Positions 25,757-38,700 of a stretch of 64,000 nucleotides of DNA are shown here, in pieces (position 1 is the first letter of the stretch; each line of letters opens with the position of its first letter). The stretch is from Anaeramoeba ignava BMAN (lineage: Eukaryota; Protista; Anaeramoebae). A program made the position numbers and the translations under genes. Under the pieces are notes generated by a model, which was not told the DNA's origin, ran no database searches, and worked only from the letters and a program-made list of their open reading frames with translations. Location of the stretch: contig JAPDFW010000055.1 in NCBI GenBank assembly GCA_028826165.1, positions 558,001 through 622,000 of the forward strand. The letters run 5' to 3'.

Positions 25757-27700
25757 TAAAAATAAATATTAAATTAAATAAAAATTAAAAATTAAAAATT
25801 AAATTAAAATAAAATTAAATATTAAATAAATATAAAATTAAATATTAAATTAAATATAAAATTAAATATAAAATATAAAATTAAATATAAAAAACCAAAT
25901 TAAATATTAAATTAAATATTAAATTAAAAATTAAATTAAAATTATTAAAATAAAATAAATATTAAATTAAAATTAAAATAAAATTAAATAAATAAAAAAA
26001 ATTAAAATTAAATTAAAATTAAATATTTAAATTAAATATTAAATTAAAATATTAAATTAAATATTAAATTAAATATTAAAATTAAATTAAATAATATGTA
26101 AAATAAAAATAAAATAAAAATATATAAATTAAATATTAAATTAAATATTAAAAAATATTAAATTAAATATTAAATATTAAAAAATTAAAATTAAAATAAA
26201 ATTAAATATTAAATTAAATATTAAAATTATAAATTAAATATTAAATTAAATATAAAATTGAAATTAAATTAAATATTAAATTAAAATTAAATTAAAAATA
26301 AAATATAATATTAAATTAAATAAATTAAATTAAAAATAAATATTAAAAATTAAATATAAAATTATATTAAATTAAATATAAAAAATTAAAAATTAAATAT
26401 TAAAATTAAATATTAAATATTAAAATAAAAATAAATATTAAATATTAAATATAAATTAAATAAAAAATTAAAATTAAATATTAAATTAAATATAAAAATT
26501 AAAATAAAATTAAATATTAAAATTAAATATAAAATTAATTTTAAATATTAAATTTAAAATTAAATATTAAATTAAAAATTAAATAATAAATTAAAAAATA
26601 TTAAAAAAATTAAATATTTAAATATAAAAATTAAATAAAATTAAATTAAATATTAAAAAATTAAAAATTAAATATTAAATTAAAATAAAATTAAATATTA
26701 AAATTAAAATAAATTAAATATTAAATATTAAAAATATTAAAATTAAATATTAAATATAAAATTAAAAATAAATTAAAATTAAATATTAAATTAAATTAAA
26801 ATTAAATATTAAATTAAAATTAAATTAAATTAAAAAAAATATAAAATTAAAATTAAATATTAAATTAAAATTAAATAAATACAAAATTAAATATTAAATT
26901 AAATATTAAATTAAATATTAAATTAAATATTAAATTAAATATTAAATTAAATATTAAATTAAATATTAAATTAAATTAAATATTAAATTAAATATTAAAT
27001 TAAATCTGAATTAAAAATTAAATATAAAATTAAATTATAAATTAAAATTAAAAATTAAATTAAAATTAAATATTAAATTAATAGCCCAACAACTCCATCT
27101 GAAATGGATTGGACAGAACACTATCCAAACTTTAATCAAAAAAAAGAAAAAGTAGAATTTTTAGATGTTGGATGTGGTTATGGAGGATTGTTAATGGAAC
27201 TTTCTTCACTTTTCCCAGAAAAATTGTCACTTGGATTAGAAATTCGGGAAAAAGTTTTTCAATATGTTCAAACAAAAATAAGAGTATTAAGAAAAGATAA
27301 TCCAGGAAAATACACAAATATTTCTGTTATTCGAACAAATGCAATGAGAACTCTCCCAAATTTCTTTGAAAAAGCTCAACTTTCCAAAATGTTTTTTTTA
27401 TTTCCTGATCCACATTTTAAAAGAAAAAAATATAAATGGAGAATTATTTCTCCTCAACTTTTGGCTGAATATGCTTACTTATTAAAAAAAGGTGGTATTA
27501 TTTACACAATTACAGATGTTAAGAAATTATATGATTGGATGCATCTTCATTTATCAGAACATCCTTTATTTGAAGAAATTCCTGAAAAAGATTTGATTGA
27601 TGATCCTGTTGTTAATGCTGTTAGATTTAAAACTGAAGAAGGAAAAAGAGTTGAAAGGCTTCAGGGTGATAAATTTTTGGCTGTTTTTCGAAGGATTTAA
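25482..27700 (+). CDS. METTL1: tRNA (guanine-N7)-methyltransferase Trm8/METTL1; main exon 27085-27700, first exon unresolved (ATG CCG CGT at 25482)
   Basis: PSEMDWTEHYP, FLDVGCGYGGLL, LGLEIR, RTNAM, FFLFPDPHFK, YTITDV, TEEGKRVER. Confidence 0.93.
25530..27080. repeat. Almost pure A/T degenerate (ATTAAATTAAAT)-type satellite filling the probable Trm8 intron
   Basis: ~1.5 kb with almost no G/C, ending in TAG before the coding exon. Confidence 0.9.
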
Positions 27701-27744
27701 TTTGGATTCATAGATTTATTTTTATTTAAGATTACAACACCAGA

Positions 27745-29365
27745 AATCAAAGAAATTAAATCAAAGAAATTAAATCAAAGAAATTAAATCAAAGAAATTA
27801 AATCAAAGAAATTAAATCAAAGAAATTAAAATCAAAGAAATTAAATTAAAGAAATTAAACTAAATATTAAAAATAAATATTAAAAATAAATATTAAAAAT
27901 AAATATTAAATTAAATATTAAATTAAATATTAAATTAAATATTAAATTAAATATTAAATTAAAGAAATTAAATATTAAATTAAATATTAAATTAAATATT
28001 AAATCAAAAGAAATTAAATATTAAATTAAATAAATTAAATTAAATATTAAATATTAAATTAAATTAAAGAAATTAAATATTAAATTAAATATTAAATTAA
28101 ATCAAAGAAATTAAATTAAATTAAATATTAAATTAAATATTAAATCAAATTAAATATTAAATTAAATATTAAATCAAAGAAATTAATTATTAAATTAAAT
28201 ACAAAATCAAATATTAAATCAAAAGAAATTAAATATTAAATTAAATTAAAATTAAATTAAAATTAAATATTAAATATTAAATATTAAATATTAAATATAA
28301 AATATTAAATTAAATTAAATATTAAATTAAATATTAAATTAAATATTAAATTAAAATATTAAATTAAATTAAATATTAAATTAAATATTAAATCAAAAGA
28401 AATTAAATATTAAATCAAAGAAATTAAAATAATAAATTAATTATTAAATTAAATATTAAATCAAAGAAATTAAATCAAAGAAATTAAATATTAAATTAAA
28501 TATTAAATATTAAATTAAATATAAAAATTAAATATTAAATTAAATATTAAATTAAATATTAAATTAAATATTAAATTAATTATTAAATTAAATATTAAAT
28601 CAAAGAAATTAAATATTAAATCAAAGAAATTAAATATAAAAATATTAAATTAAATATTAAATTAAATATTAAATTAAAGAAATTAAATTAAATATTAAAT
28701 CAAAGAAATTAAATTAAATATTAAATTAAATATTAAATTAATTATTAAATATTAAATATTAAATATTAAATTAAATATTAAATCAAAGAAATTAAATATT
28801 AAATTAAATATTAAATTAAATATTAAATTAAATATTAAATCAAAGAAATTAAATATTAAAATTAAATTAAATATTAAATTAAATATTAAATTAAATATTA
28901 AATTTAAATATTAAATTAAATATTAAATTAAAATTAAATTAAAATCAAAAAGAAATTAAATCAAGAAATTAAATCAAAGAAATTAAATCAAAAAATTAAA
29001 ATTAAATATTAAATATTAAATTAATTATTAAATATTAAATATTAAATTAAATATTAAATTAAATATTAAATTAAATATTAAATCAAAGAAATTAATTATT
29101 AAATTAAATATTAAATTAAATATTAAATTAAATATTAAATCAAATATTAAATCAAAGAAATTAATTATTAAATTAATTATTAAATTAAATATTAAATCAA
29201 ATATTAAATCAAAGATATTAAATTAAATATTAAATTAAATATTAAATTAATTATTAAATTAAATATTAAATTAAAGAAATTAAATATTAAATTAATTATT
29301 AAATTAAAGAAATTAAATATTAAATTAAATATTAAATTAAATATTAAATTAAATATTAAATTAAT
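27745..29365. repeat. Intergenic satellite mixing ATTAAATTAAAT and AAATCAAAGAAATT units
   Basis: Visible degenerate tandem repeat. Confidence 0.9.
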
Positions 29366-29506
29366 AAATTTCAAACAAATTTTTTGATTTTTTAGATTTT
29401 TGGTTTTTTGATTTTTTAGTTTCTTAGTTTTTTAGTTTTTTGGTTTTTTAGTTTTTGTTTTTTTTGGTTTTTCATTTTTTTTCTTTTCTTTTCTTTCTTG
29501 TTTATT

Positions 29507-30928
29507 ATGTCAAAACAATATTCAAACTTTTTACAATTATCTCAAGACTTTAAAAATTTATTCAATACAAATGATAACTATAGCGATTTTGAAATCATTT
29601 GCAAAGAAAATAATCAAACAAGTTCTTTCCAATGTCACAAATCAATTTTATCAGTTCGAAGTGATTTTTTCAAATCATTATTTCGATCTAAAATGAAAGA
29701 ATTTCAAGAAAACAAAATCACATTTGAAAATGTGTCAAAAAATACATTGGAATCAATTCTAAAGTTTTTTTATACAGGAAATATCGAAATCACTTCTGAA
29801 AATGCATTTGATATTTTGCTTTTTGCATCCAAATATTTAATTGAAGAATTGATCAAAATATTATCACAATTTATAATGGAAAATTGCCAAATAGAAAATG
29901 TTGTTGATATTCTCAGAATCTCAGAATCAATGGATTTTGTTGAAATGGAAAATTATTGCTACAATTTTATGTGTGAAAATTTAAATGATTTTTCAAACAG
30001 TGTTTTTTTTTATCAACTTGAAGAGGATCAAATTGAAAAACTACTTGAAAAGGAAAACTGGAAAATCAATGATTTGGAGGTTGTTGAAGCATTAGCGAGA
30101 TGGGGGAAATCCAAGCTCAATTTTGCGCCTGATTTTGAGAAATTGGACCGAGAAAAGAAAGAACTTGTGAAAAACAAAATTTCGGATTTTTTGGACAAAA
30201 TTAGATTGATTGATTTTTCGCAGCAAGAGCTCCAAAAAGTCTACAAAATGGGATTGATTGAAAAGGATCTCAAAGCGAAGATCAAGAATATCCAAGCAAT
30301 GTCTGGCTTGGCAAATCAAGAAAAAAGAAAGAAGCTTATTAAAGAATATAAACAATCAGAAAATCCAGGATCATTGCGATTTAAATCCAAATTCCGACAC
30401 GGATCCAAAATTCTGGATTCACAAAAAATCAAGATTTTGAAGGAGTTCTTGAATGATAACGAATTTTTGGAGCAAATGCAATTGGCGTTTTCCTCCGAAA
30501 ACGACGGATTCAAAAGCGAAAGTTTTCATCAGAAATGTGATGAAAAAGGAAAAACACTTGTTTTAATAAAAACAATGAATGACTTTATATTAGGAGGATA
30601 TTCCAAGGTTGGATGGAACTTGAAAATCACGAGTCAAAGAGATCCTGATTCGTTTCTTTTTTCGATCGTGAATCCAAAAAAAACAAATCCAATCAAATTA
30701 TCCACAATTGACCCAAGTGAATCCGTTATTTATAGTTTTATTGATGATGGTCCTAATTGGGGTGCTCCTGATTTGAGACTTAATCATAATATGAAAGAGA
30801 TCTCAGTCAATTTGGGTGTTCGTTTTGAATTACCTCCAAATATTCCAATGAGTAAATCTTCTGAATTTTTGGTTGGAAGTAGTAAAGAAGAAGTTGTTGA
30901 AATTGAAATTTATTGTGAAAAAATTTAA
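29507..30928 (+). CDS. BTB/POZ-BACK-TLDc domain protein
   Basis: FQCHKSILSVRSDFFKSLFRSKMKE; DGFKSESFHQKCDEKGKTLVLIKT..ILGGYS..SFLFS..GPNWG; paralog of 10565-12016. Confidence 0.92.
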   Translation: MSKQYSNFLQLSQDFKNLFNTNDNYSDFEIICKENNQTSSFQCHKSILSVRSDFFKSLFRSKMKEFQENKITFENVSKNTLESILKFFYTGNIEITSENAFDILLFASKYLIEELIKILSQFIMENCQIENVVDILRISESMDFVEMENYCYNFMCENLNDFSNSVFFYQLEEDQIEKLLEKENWKINDLEVVEALARWGKSKLNFAPDFEKLDREKKELVKNKISDFLDKIRLIDFSQQELQKVYKMGLIEKDLKAKIKNIQAMSGLANQEKRKKLIKEYKQSENPGSLRFKSKFRHGSKILDSQKIKILKEFLNDNEFLEQMQLAFSSENDGFKSESFHQKCDEKGKTLVLIKTMNDFILGGYSKVGWNLKITSQRDPDSFLFSIVNPKKTNPIKLSTIDPSESVIYSFIDDGPNWGAPDLRLNHNMKEISVNLGVRFELPPNIPMSKSSEFLVGSSKEEVVEIEIYCEKI

Positions 30929-31028
30929 TCAAATCAAATCAAAATAAAAAATTTAACTTAAAAAATTCAAATCAAATCAAAATAAAAAATTTAAATTAAA
31001 AAATCCAAAAGTTTTCCTTTTTTTTATT

Positions 31029-32291
<1,263 letters not shown>

Positions 32292-32377
32292 TAAAAAAAT
32301 AAAAGAAAAAAAAAATGAAAAAAAAAATTTAAATTAAAAAAATTTTTTCATTTTTTTTCATTTTTTTTCTTTTTTAA

Positions 32378-32899
32378 ATGTCAGTTGAAATTTTTACTTC
32401 AATTGCAAATTCTTCTTTATTTGCAAAAAAATATACTCAATATATAAAATTAATGTTGGATATTAAAAAAGTATAAAAAAATTTAAAAAGCAAAAAAAAA
32501 ACAAAAACAATTTTATTTAATCTTTTTTTTTTAAAAAATTTTAAATTTAAAAATCATTAAATAAAAGATTAATTATGTTGTTTATGATATTGGAAAAGAT
32601 GAAAATAAAAGAGAAGGTAAATCAATTTAAAAATTCAATTTAAAATTCAAATAAAAATTCAAATAAAAAATTCAATAAAAATTCAAATAAAAATTTAATT
32701 AAAAATTCAAATAAAAATTCAAATAAAAAATTCAATTAAAAATTCAATTTAAAAAATTTTAGAAATGATTTCAAGAAGTCAAAGAAGTTCTTTTCCTCAA
32801 TTACATGTTAATGGTCAATTTATTGGAGAATGGAAAGAAATTGAAGATTTAAATGAATTGGAAGATTTAGATCCAATTTTAGGAATTGAAGACAATTAA
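32378..32899 (+). CDS. SH3BGR-like / glutaredoxin-fold protein, 3 exons (absent from ORF track)
   Basis: MSVEIFTSIANSS..KLMLDIKK|INYVVYDIGKDENKRE|EMISRS..FPQLHVNGQFIGEWKEIEDLNE..LDPILG; PQ.FVNG.FIG glutaredoxin motif, no CxxC. Confidence 0.85.
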
Positions 32900-33137
32900 T
32901 TTCAATTTTTAATTTCAATTTTTCAATTTAATTTCGAATTATTTTCAAAATCGGAAATAAATTTTTTAATTCAATTAAATTTATTAAATTTTGAAAGTTT
33001 ATTTTAATTGAAAAGAAAAAAATTTTTTGGATATTTGATTCAAAAAAAAGAAGAAGAAGAAAAAGAATCAAAAAGAAAAAAGGAAAGAAAAAGAAAGAAA
33101 AAAATTATTTCAAAAAAAATTTTTAAAAAAGGGGAAT

Positions 33138-34425
33138 TTAAATTGGACCAGGAGTAGGAGTAGGAGTAGGAGTAGGAGTAGGAGTTGGTGTTGGAGCTGG
33201 AGGAATATATTCAATACAAGAAACACTTGAAGATCGTGAACCCAAAATCAAACCTATAATTAATCCATATAAAGCTAAAGCTTCTGCGAAAATTAAAATT
33301 AAAATCATTGCTACAAAAATTTTTTGTTGATCTATTAATTTTCTCACTCCAATATCTCCAACTACCCCAATTGTCCATCCTGCTCCTAATCCTGAAAATC
33401 CTACTGATAATCCTGCTGCAAGATGTGAAAATGCTGTATATTTTGTGTAGTTTGTTACATTCACTTTTAATTTTGAATTTAATTTTGATTTTAATTTTAA
33501 ATTTTATTTTAATTTAAATTTTAATTTTAATTTTAATTTTAATTTTGATTTTAATAATAATTTTAATTTAAATTTTAATTTTAATTTTAATTTTAATTTT
33601 TAATTTTAATTTTAATTTTAATTTTATAAATGAATTTTAATTTTAATTTTAATTTTATAAATGAATTTTAATTTAAATATAATTTTATAAATGAATTTTA
33701 ATTTTAATTTTAATTTTAATTTTAATTTTAATTTTAATTTTAATTTTTAATTTTAATAATTTTAAATTTTAATTTTAATTTTAATTTTAAGTTTAATTTT
33801 AATTTTAATAATAATTTTAAATTTTAATTTTGATTTTAATAATTTTAATTTAAATTTTAATTTTAATTTTAAATTTTAATTTTAATTTTGAAAATGCTGT
33901 AAATTTTTAATTTTCTTTTTTTTATCCTAATTTTAATTTTATTTAATTTTAATTTAAATTTTAATAAAATTAATAATAAAAATTGATTTTTAAAAATTTT
34001 TTTAATTTTAATTTAATAATTTATAAATGAATTTTAAATTTTAATTTTAATTTAAATATAATTTTTTAATAATAATTTTAATTTTAAATTTTGAATTTTT
34101 TTTAATTTAAATTTAAATTTGAATTTATTAAAATTTTTTAAATGAATTTTAAATCCTGTAAGAGATAATAACAGAAATAATTAAACCGTAAATTCCGATA
34201 ATACTTGCCTTTAAAAATTAAAAATTTTAAAAATTAAAAATTAAAAATTAAAATATAATTAAAATTGAATTAAAAAAATATTTTACCATAACAATTGGTA
34301 CAATTCCTTTCATCATTAAATCAGGTCTTTTAATACCCATTCCACCAACACCAACACCAGCTTTAGCAGTTCCATAAGCACTTCCAATGCAAGAAAATAT
34401 AAGAGCGCATCCACAACCCATATAT
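33138..34425 (-). CDS. ATP6V0C: V-type H+-ATPase 16 kDa proteolipid subunit c (exon 1 unresolved, probably ~34635-34690)
   Basis: [40 protein letters not shown]|[54 protein letters not shown]. Confidence 0.93.
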
Positions 34426-34699
34426 CTAAAATATTATAAAAATTTTTAATTAAATTTTAAATGAATTTTTTAATTGAATTTTTTAATTAAATTTTAATTG
34501 AATTTTTTATTGAAATTTTAATTAAATTTTTAATTAATTTTTTAAATTGAATTTTTAAATTGAATTTTTTAATTATAAAAATTTTTAAATTGATTTTAAA
34601 AATAAATTTTGAAATGAAAAATTTTATTAAAATAACCAGAAAAAATTTTGAAATAAATTTTGGATTTTGAAACAATTGAAGATAAATTGATTTTTAAAT

Positions 34700-35700
34700 T
34701 TTGAAATAGATTTTTAAATTATGATTTTGAAATAAATTTTTAAATTGATTTTTAAATTGATTTTGAAATAGATTTTGAAATAGATTTTGAAATTATTTTA
34801 AAAAATTAATTTTGAAATAGATTTAGAAAAGAAAAAATTAAAAATGAAAAATTTTTAAATAGATTTTGAAAAAATTAAAGATTTTGAAAAAAATTTTGAT
34901 AAATTTTATTTTGAAATAAATTTTTAAATAGATTTTTAAATGAAAAACGAAAAAGATTTTTTGATTTTGAAATAAATTTTGAAATAAATTTTGAAATAAA
35001 TTTTGAAATAGATTTTGAAAAAACAATTTTGAAAGATAAAAAGATTTTAAATTTTGAAATAGATTTTGAAATAGATTTTGAAATTCATTTTGAAATAGAT
35101 TTTGAAATAAATTTTGAAATAGATTTTGAAATAAATTTTGAAATAAATTTTGAAATAGATTTTGAAATAGATTTTGAAATAGATTTTGAAATAGATTTTG
35201 AAATAAATTTTGAAATAGATTTTGAAATTGATTTTGAAAGATTTTGAAATAGATTTTGAAATAGATTTTGAAATAGATTTTTAAATTGATTTTGAAATAG
35301 ATTTTGAAATAGATTTTTAAATTGATTTTGAAATAGATTTTTAAATAAATTTTTAAATTGATTTTGAAATAGATTTTTAAATAAATTTTTAAATTGATTT
35401 TGAAATAAATTTTTAAATTTTTAAATAAATTTTTAAATAAATTTTGAAATAGATTTTTAAATAAATTTTTAAATAAATTTTTAAATAAATTTTTAAATTG
35501 ATTTTGAAATAGATTTTTAAATAAATTTTTAAATAAATTTTGAAATAGATTTTGAAATAAATTTTTAAATTGATTTTGAAATAGATTTTGAAATAGATTT
35601 TGAAATAGATTTTGAAATAGATTTTGAAATAGATTTTGAAATAGATTTTTGAAATTGATTTTGAAATAGATTTTGAAATAGATTTTGAAATAGATTTCGA
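34700..35700. repeat. (TTTTGAAATAGA)n 12-mer minisatellite
   Basis: Visible tandem repeat between the Brr2 stop and V-ATPase c. Confidence 0.9.
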
Positions 35701-35702
35701 AA

Positions 35703-38700
35703 TTAATTCTTCAAATCTTCATCCATATCTTTTCCTTGATTATCTTTTCCTTGATTATCTTTTCCTTGATTATCTTTTCCTTGATTATCTTTTCCTTGAT
35801 TATCATTATCATTATCATCATTATTATCATTATCATCATCGGAATCAACAACAATTTCAAAAGGATATTCTTGATCACAACCAATATAAGAATCACACAT
35901 CAAATACAAAACAAGATGATAAGAACCAGGAATTTGAGGAGCAGGAAACTCCAAAGAAACATTATTTGACCTGAGAATATTTACACTCTTGATTGAAAGC
36001 AGGGAATCTTGGTGAGGATTTGCAACAACAAGCCACCAATTCTCCGACTTATTTTCAGGATAAAAAGGAGCAAAAACAAAGGAAAGTTGGTCGTCATCAT
36101 CGATATCTCTTTCGAGTTTGACATCGATATTAATAGGATGAGAAACAGGAACATTTTTGGAAGAAAGAGAGAACTCAAGGAATATCGACGGGTATCTATT
36201 GCAAGCAAGTGCGAGGGAGTTCATTTGGTGCTGAGGAAGTTGGAGAAGATCCGAGCGCGAATCGTCCTCCATATCAAGCAGATCAAAAACTGTTTGGATG
36301 CTTTGCGAGTTGCATCGGGAAACAAGGGAGTCTGAGATGTGAGGGAGTTGTTTGAGAACGGAATCGGTTGCGAATAGGGCTTGCACACACATCTGGCACA
36401 GCTCCATGGCGGTTAGAGCTGGTTTGAGGAAACCAAGTGTGCTTATTACGTTGACCATTGCGTGAAGTAATCTTGTGGCAATCACAAGGATTTGGTCGAG
36501 ATCATGCTGGAGAATTGGCGGGAGCGGGATGCGTGCGAAGTGGGATTGCAGGAGAAGATTGGTTTTTGTGTGCGAATCGGAGAGATTGGCCGTGTCGTTA
36601 GGATCGACCACGGTGATGGGAACATGTCGAGCCAATGTGCGCAGAAGTTTGTGCTCCTTGTGGCGCACGGGGAAGTCGTCGAATTCGGTGGATGCTGAGA
36701 GGATCTCGAGGATGCCTTTGAGTCGCGAAGTGTTTGTTATTGAATTTGCAAAAAGTTCTATTGTGGTGTATTTTGTATTATAATAAGCAGCAACCATTCC
36801 GAGATTCAACGGATAAATTCCCATTTCGGGTTCAATTCGGATGCAATGAGCGGTTTCTAGATCGTTCAATGCGCGCTCGATCAGCTCGCTTAGATGGTCG
36901 GAAATGCTCTGCGGAGAAAGCTGGCGCAGAGAGTAGTAATTCGGATTCTTTGTGAGTCGATTGTAGTAAAATGTCCATGTCAGAAAATCAACTGCTTCTT
37001 GATGATTTTCAACCGTTTTGGAAACTATCTCCGCATTCAGAAAATCAGGGAGAAAATGATCCAAATGAGACTCAATAGGAAAAGCATCGTGAAGAAATGT
37101 TTTGAAATAGTTCTTTTTCGCAGTGTGGCACATTAGAATGCATTTCGATTCAGAATCCACAAGCGGTCGGCATGCTCTTCCTGTCATTTGCGCTACCGTG
37201 CTGATATTCAGATCCACATGCGCTTGATCCCGTGCGTCCCAGCGCTGCGCACCGTAGATCACAACGAGATAACTTGACAGATTGATGTCCCAACACAATG
37301 CTTGATCCACAACAATTAAACGGATTTTTTCTGCACGGAATAAATTTTCAACGTGCTTCCGATATTGATTTTCCATTCCTGAATATATATATCCTATTCC
37401 TGCATTTAAACATGTCGATAAATTTTCATCCAAAATTCCTTCCGTTAATTCGGATATTTTTGACAGGATGAATTTATTTGATTCCTTTTCTCCAATTGAT
37501 AAAGATGCGTAATCCAAAGCGATTGTTTTTGCATATGTTGCAGAAGGCGCAAATACGATTGCGGGTCGAACAATTTGCTGCGAATCACCAACACAATGCG
37601 CGATAATTGCACGGAAAGAGGGTCGAAGCATTGCGCTCATTCTCGGGCTGAAGTGTGGGATGTCGAATCCTTGGATATGTATTTCCAGAGGCACAGGTCT
37701 GACGTCTGGACGGAAACAGAACATAGCGGAACGCGGAACATCGAGCCATTCTCCCATGTCCCTTGCATTCTCCACTGCAGCGCTGAGTCCCACAACCCGA
37801 AGAGCGCGTTGTGTCTGTGCGCCCATGCATCGCATACGCGAAACAACAACCTCCATAACTGCTCCATTCTCGCTCCCTAATAAATGCAGTTCGTCTGCGA
37901 TGAAAAGATCGATTTTCTTGATCGATCTCCGTGTTTTCCATCGTCGAGACACAGTGTCGAACTGGCCTGGTGTCGCAAGCACTAATTGCGATTTCTCCAT
38001 TAGTTTGAGATCCGCGCTGAGCTCTCCAGTGAGCCGAGCGACAACTGAGTTGTGAACTTCCGAGAATCGCCGCGCCCAATCCGCGAATCTCTCGTCCACA
38101 AGTGATTTAAATGGCGCGATATACACGCATTTTCCTTTCCCGCGTGTGTTGAGTAAAGTCCGTAAAACGGCGAATTCTGCGCATATTGTTTTCCCGCTTC
38201 CTGGTGGAGCTGCGATTAGTGTATTGGAGTCTGTGTTGAAGAGCGTGTTGAATGTTTGTGTCTGAATTGGGTTGAAATGCGAAAATTGTGCGAAAAATTT
38301 TTTAAAGTTGAAGTTTTGTTTCAAATTCTTTTTTAAATTCTTTTCATTTCCTTCCATTTCCATCTCTTTTTCATCTCCTCCCAAATTAGGTCCACGAATA
38401 CCCTCAACTGGCAAAGGTTGCAAATCCAAAAGTTCAGTAAAAGCACTTGGTTTCTGAGGCAAAATCAAGTTTCGGAACGAGATTGGCAATGTTGTGTTTG
38501 ATCCGATCCATCGATCCGAATCCATAAAGATAAAATACTGAGGAGGTAAAGGTTGTTCAATGGGAACCATAAAATTGACAACATGCTCGCGATTTGCGAA
38601 CCGTTTCTTCAGAAGAAAATATTCGTAATGAAGTAAATGCTCGCCGTCTGCATCAAATACAAAGATCCAGAACGGCTCAGAACTTCCTGAATAATTTGGG

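Noticed and set aside
35730-35805. 15-bp repeat (DNQGK x5) at the Brr2 C-terminus as a functional motif
   Set aside because: Short tandem expansion in a disordered tail, typical of this genome
36009-38457. Plus-strand and alternate-frame ORFs overlapping Brr2
   Set aside because: Expected by chance in the locally GC-rich exon; no recognisable motifs
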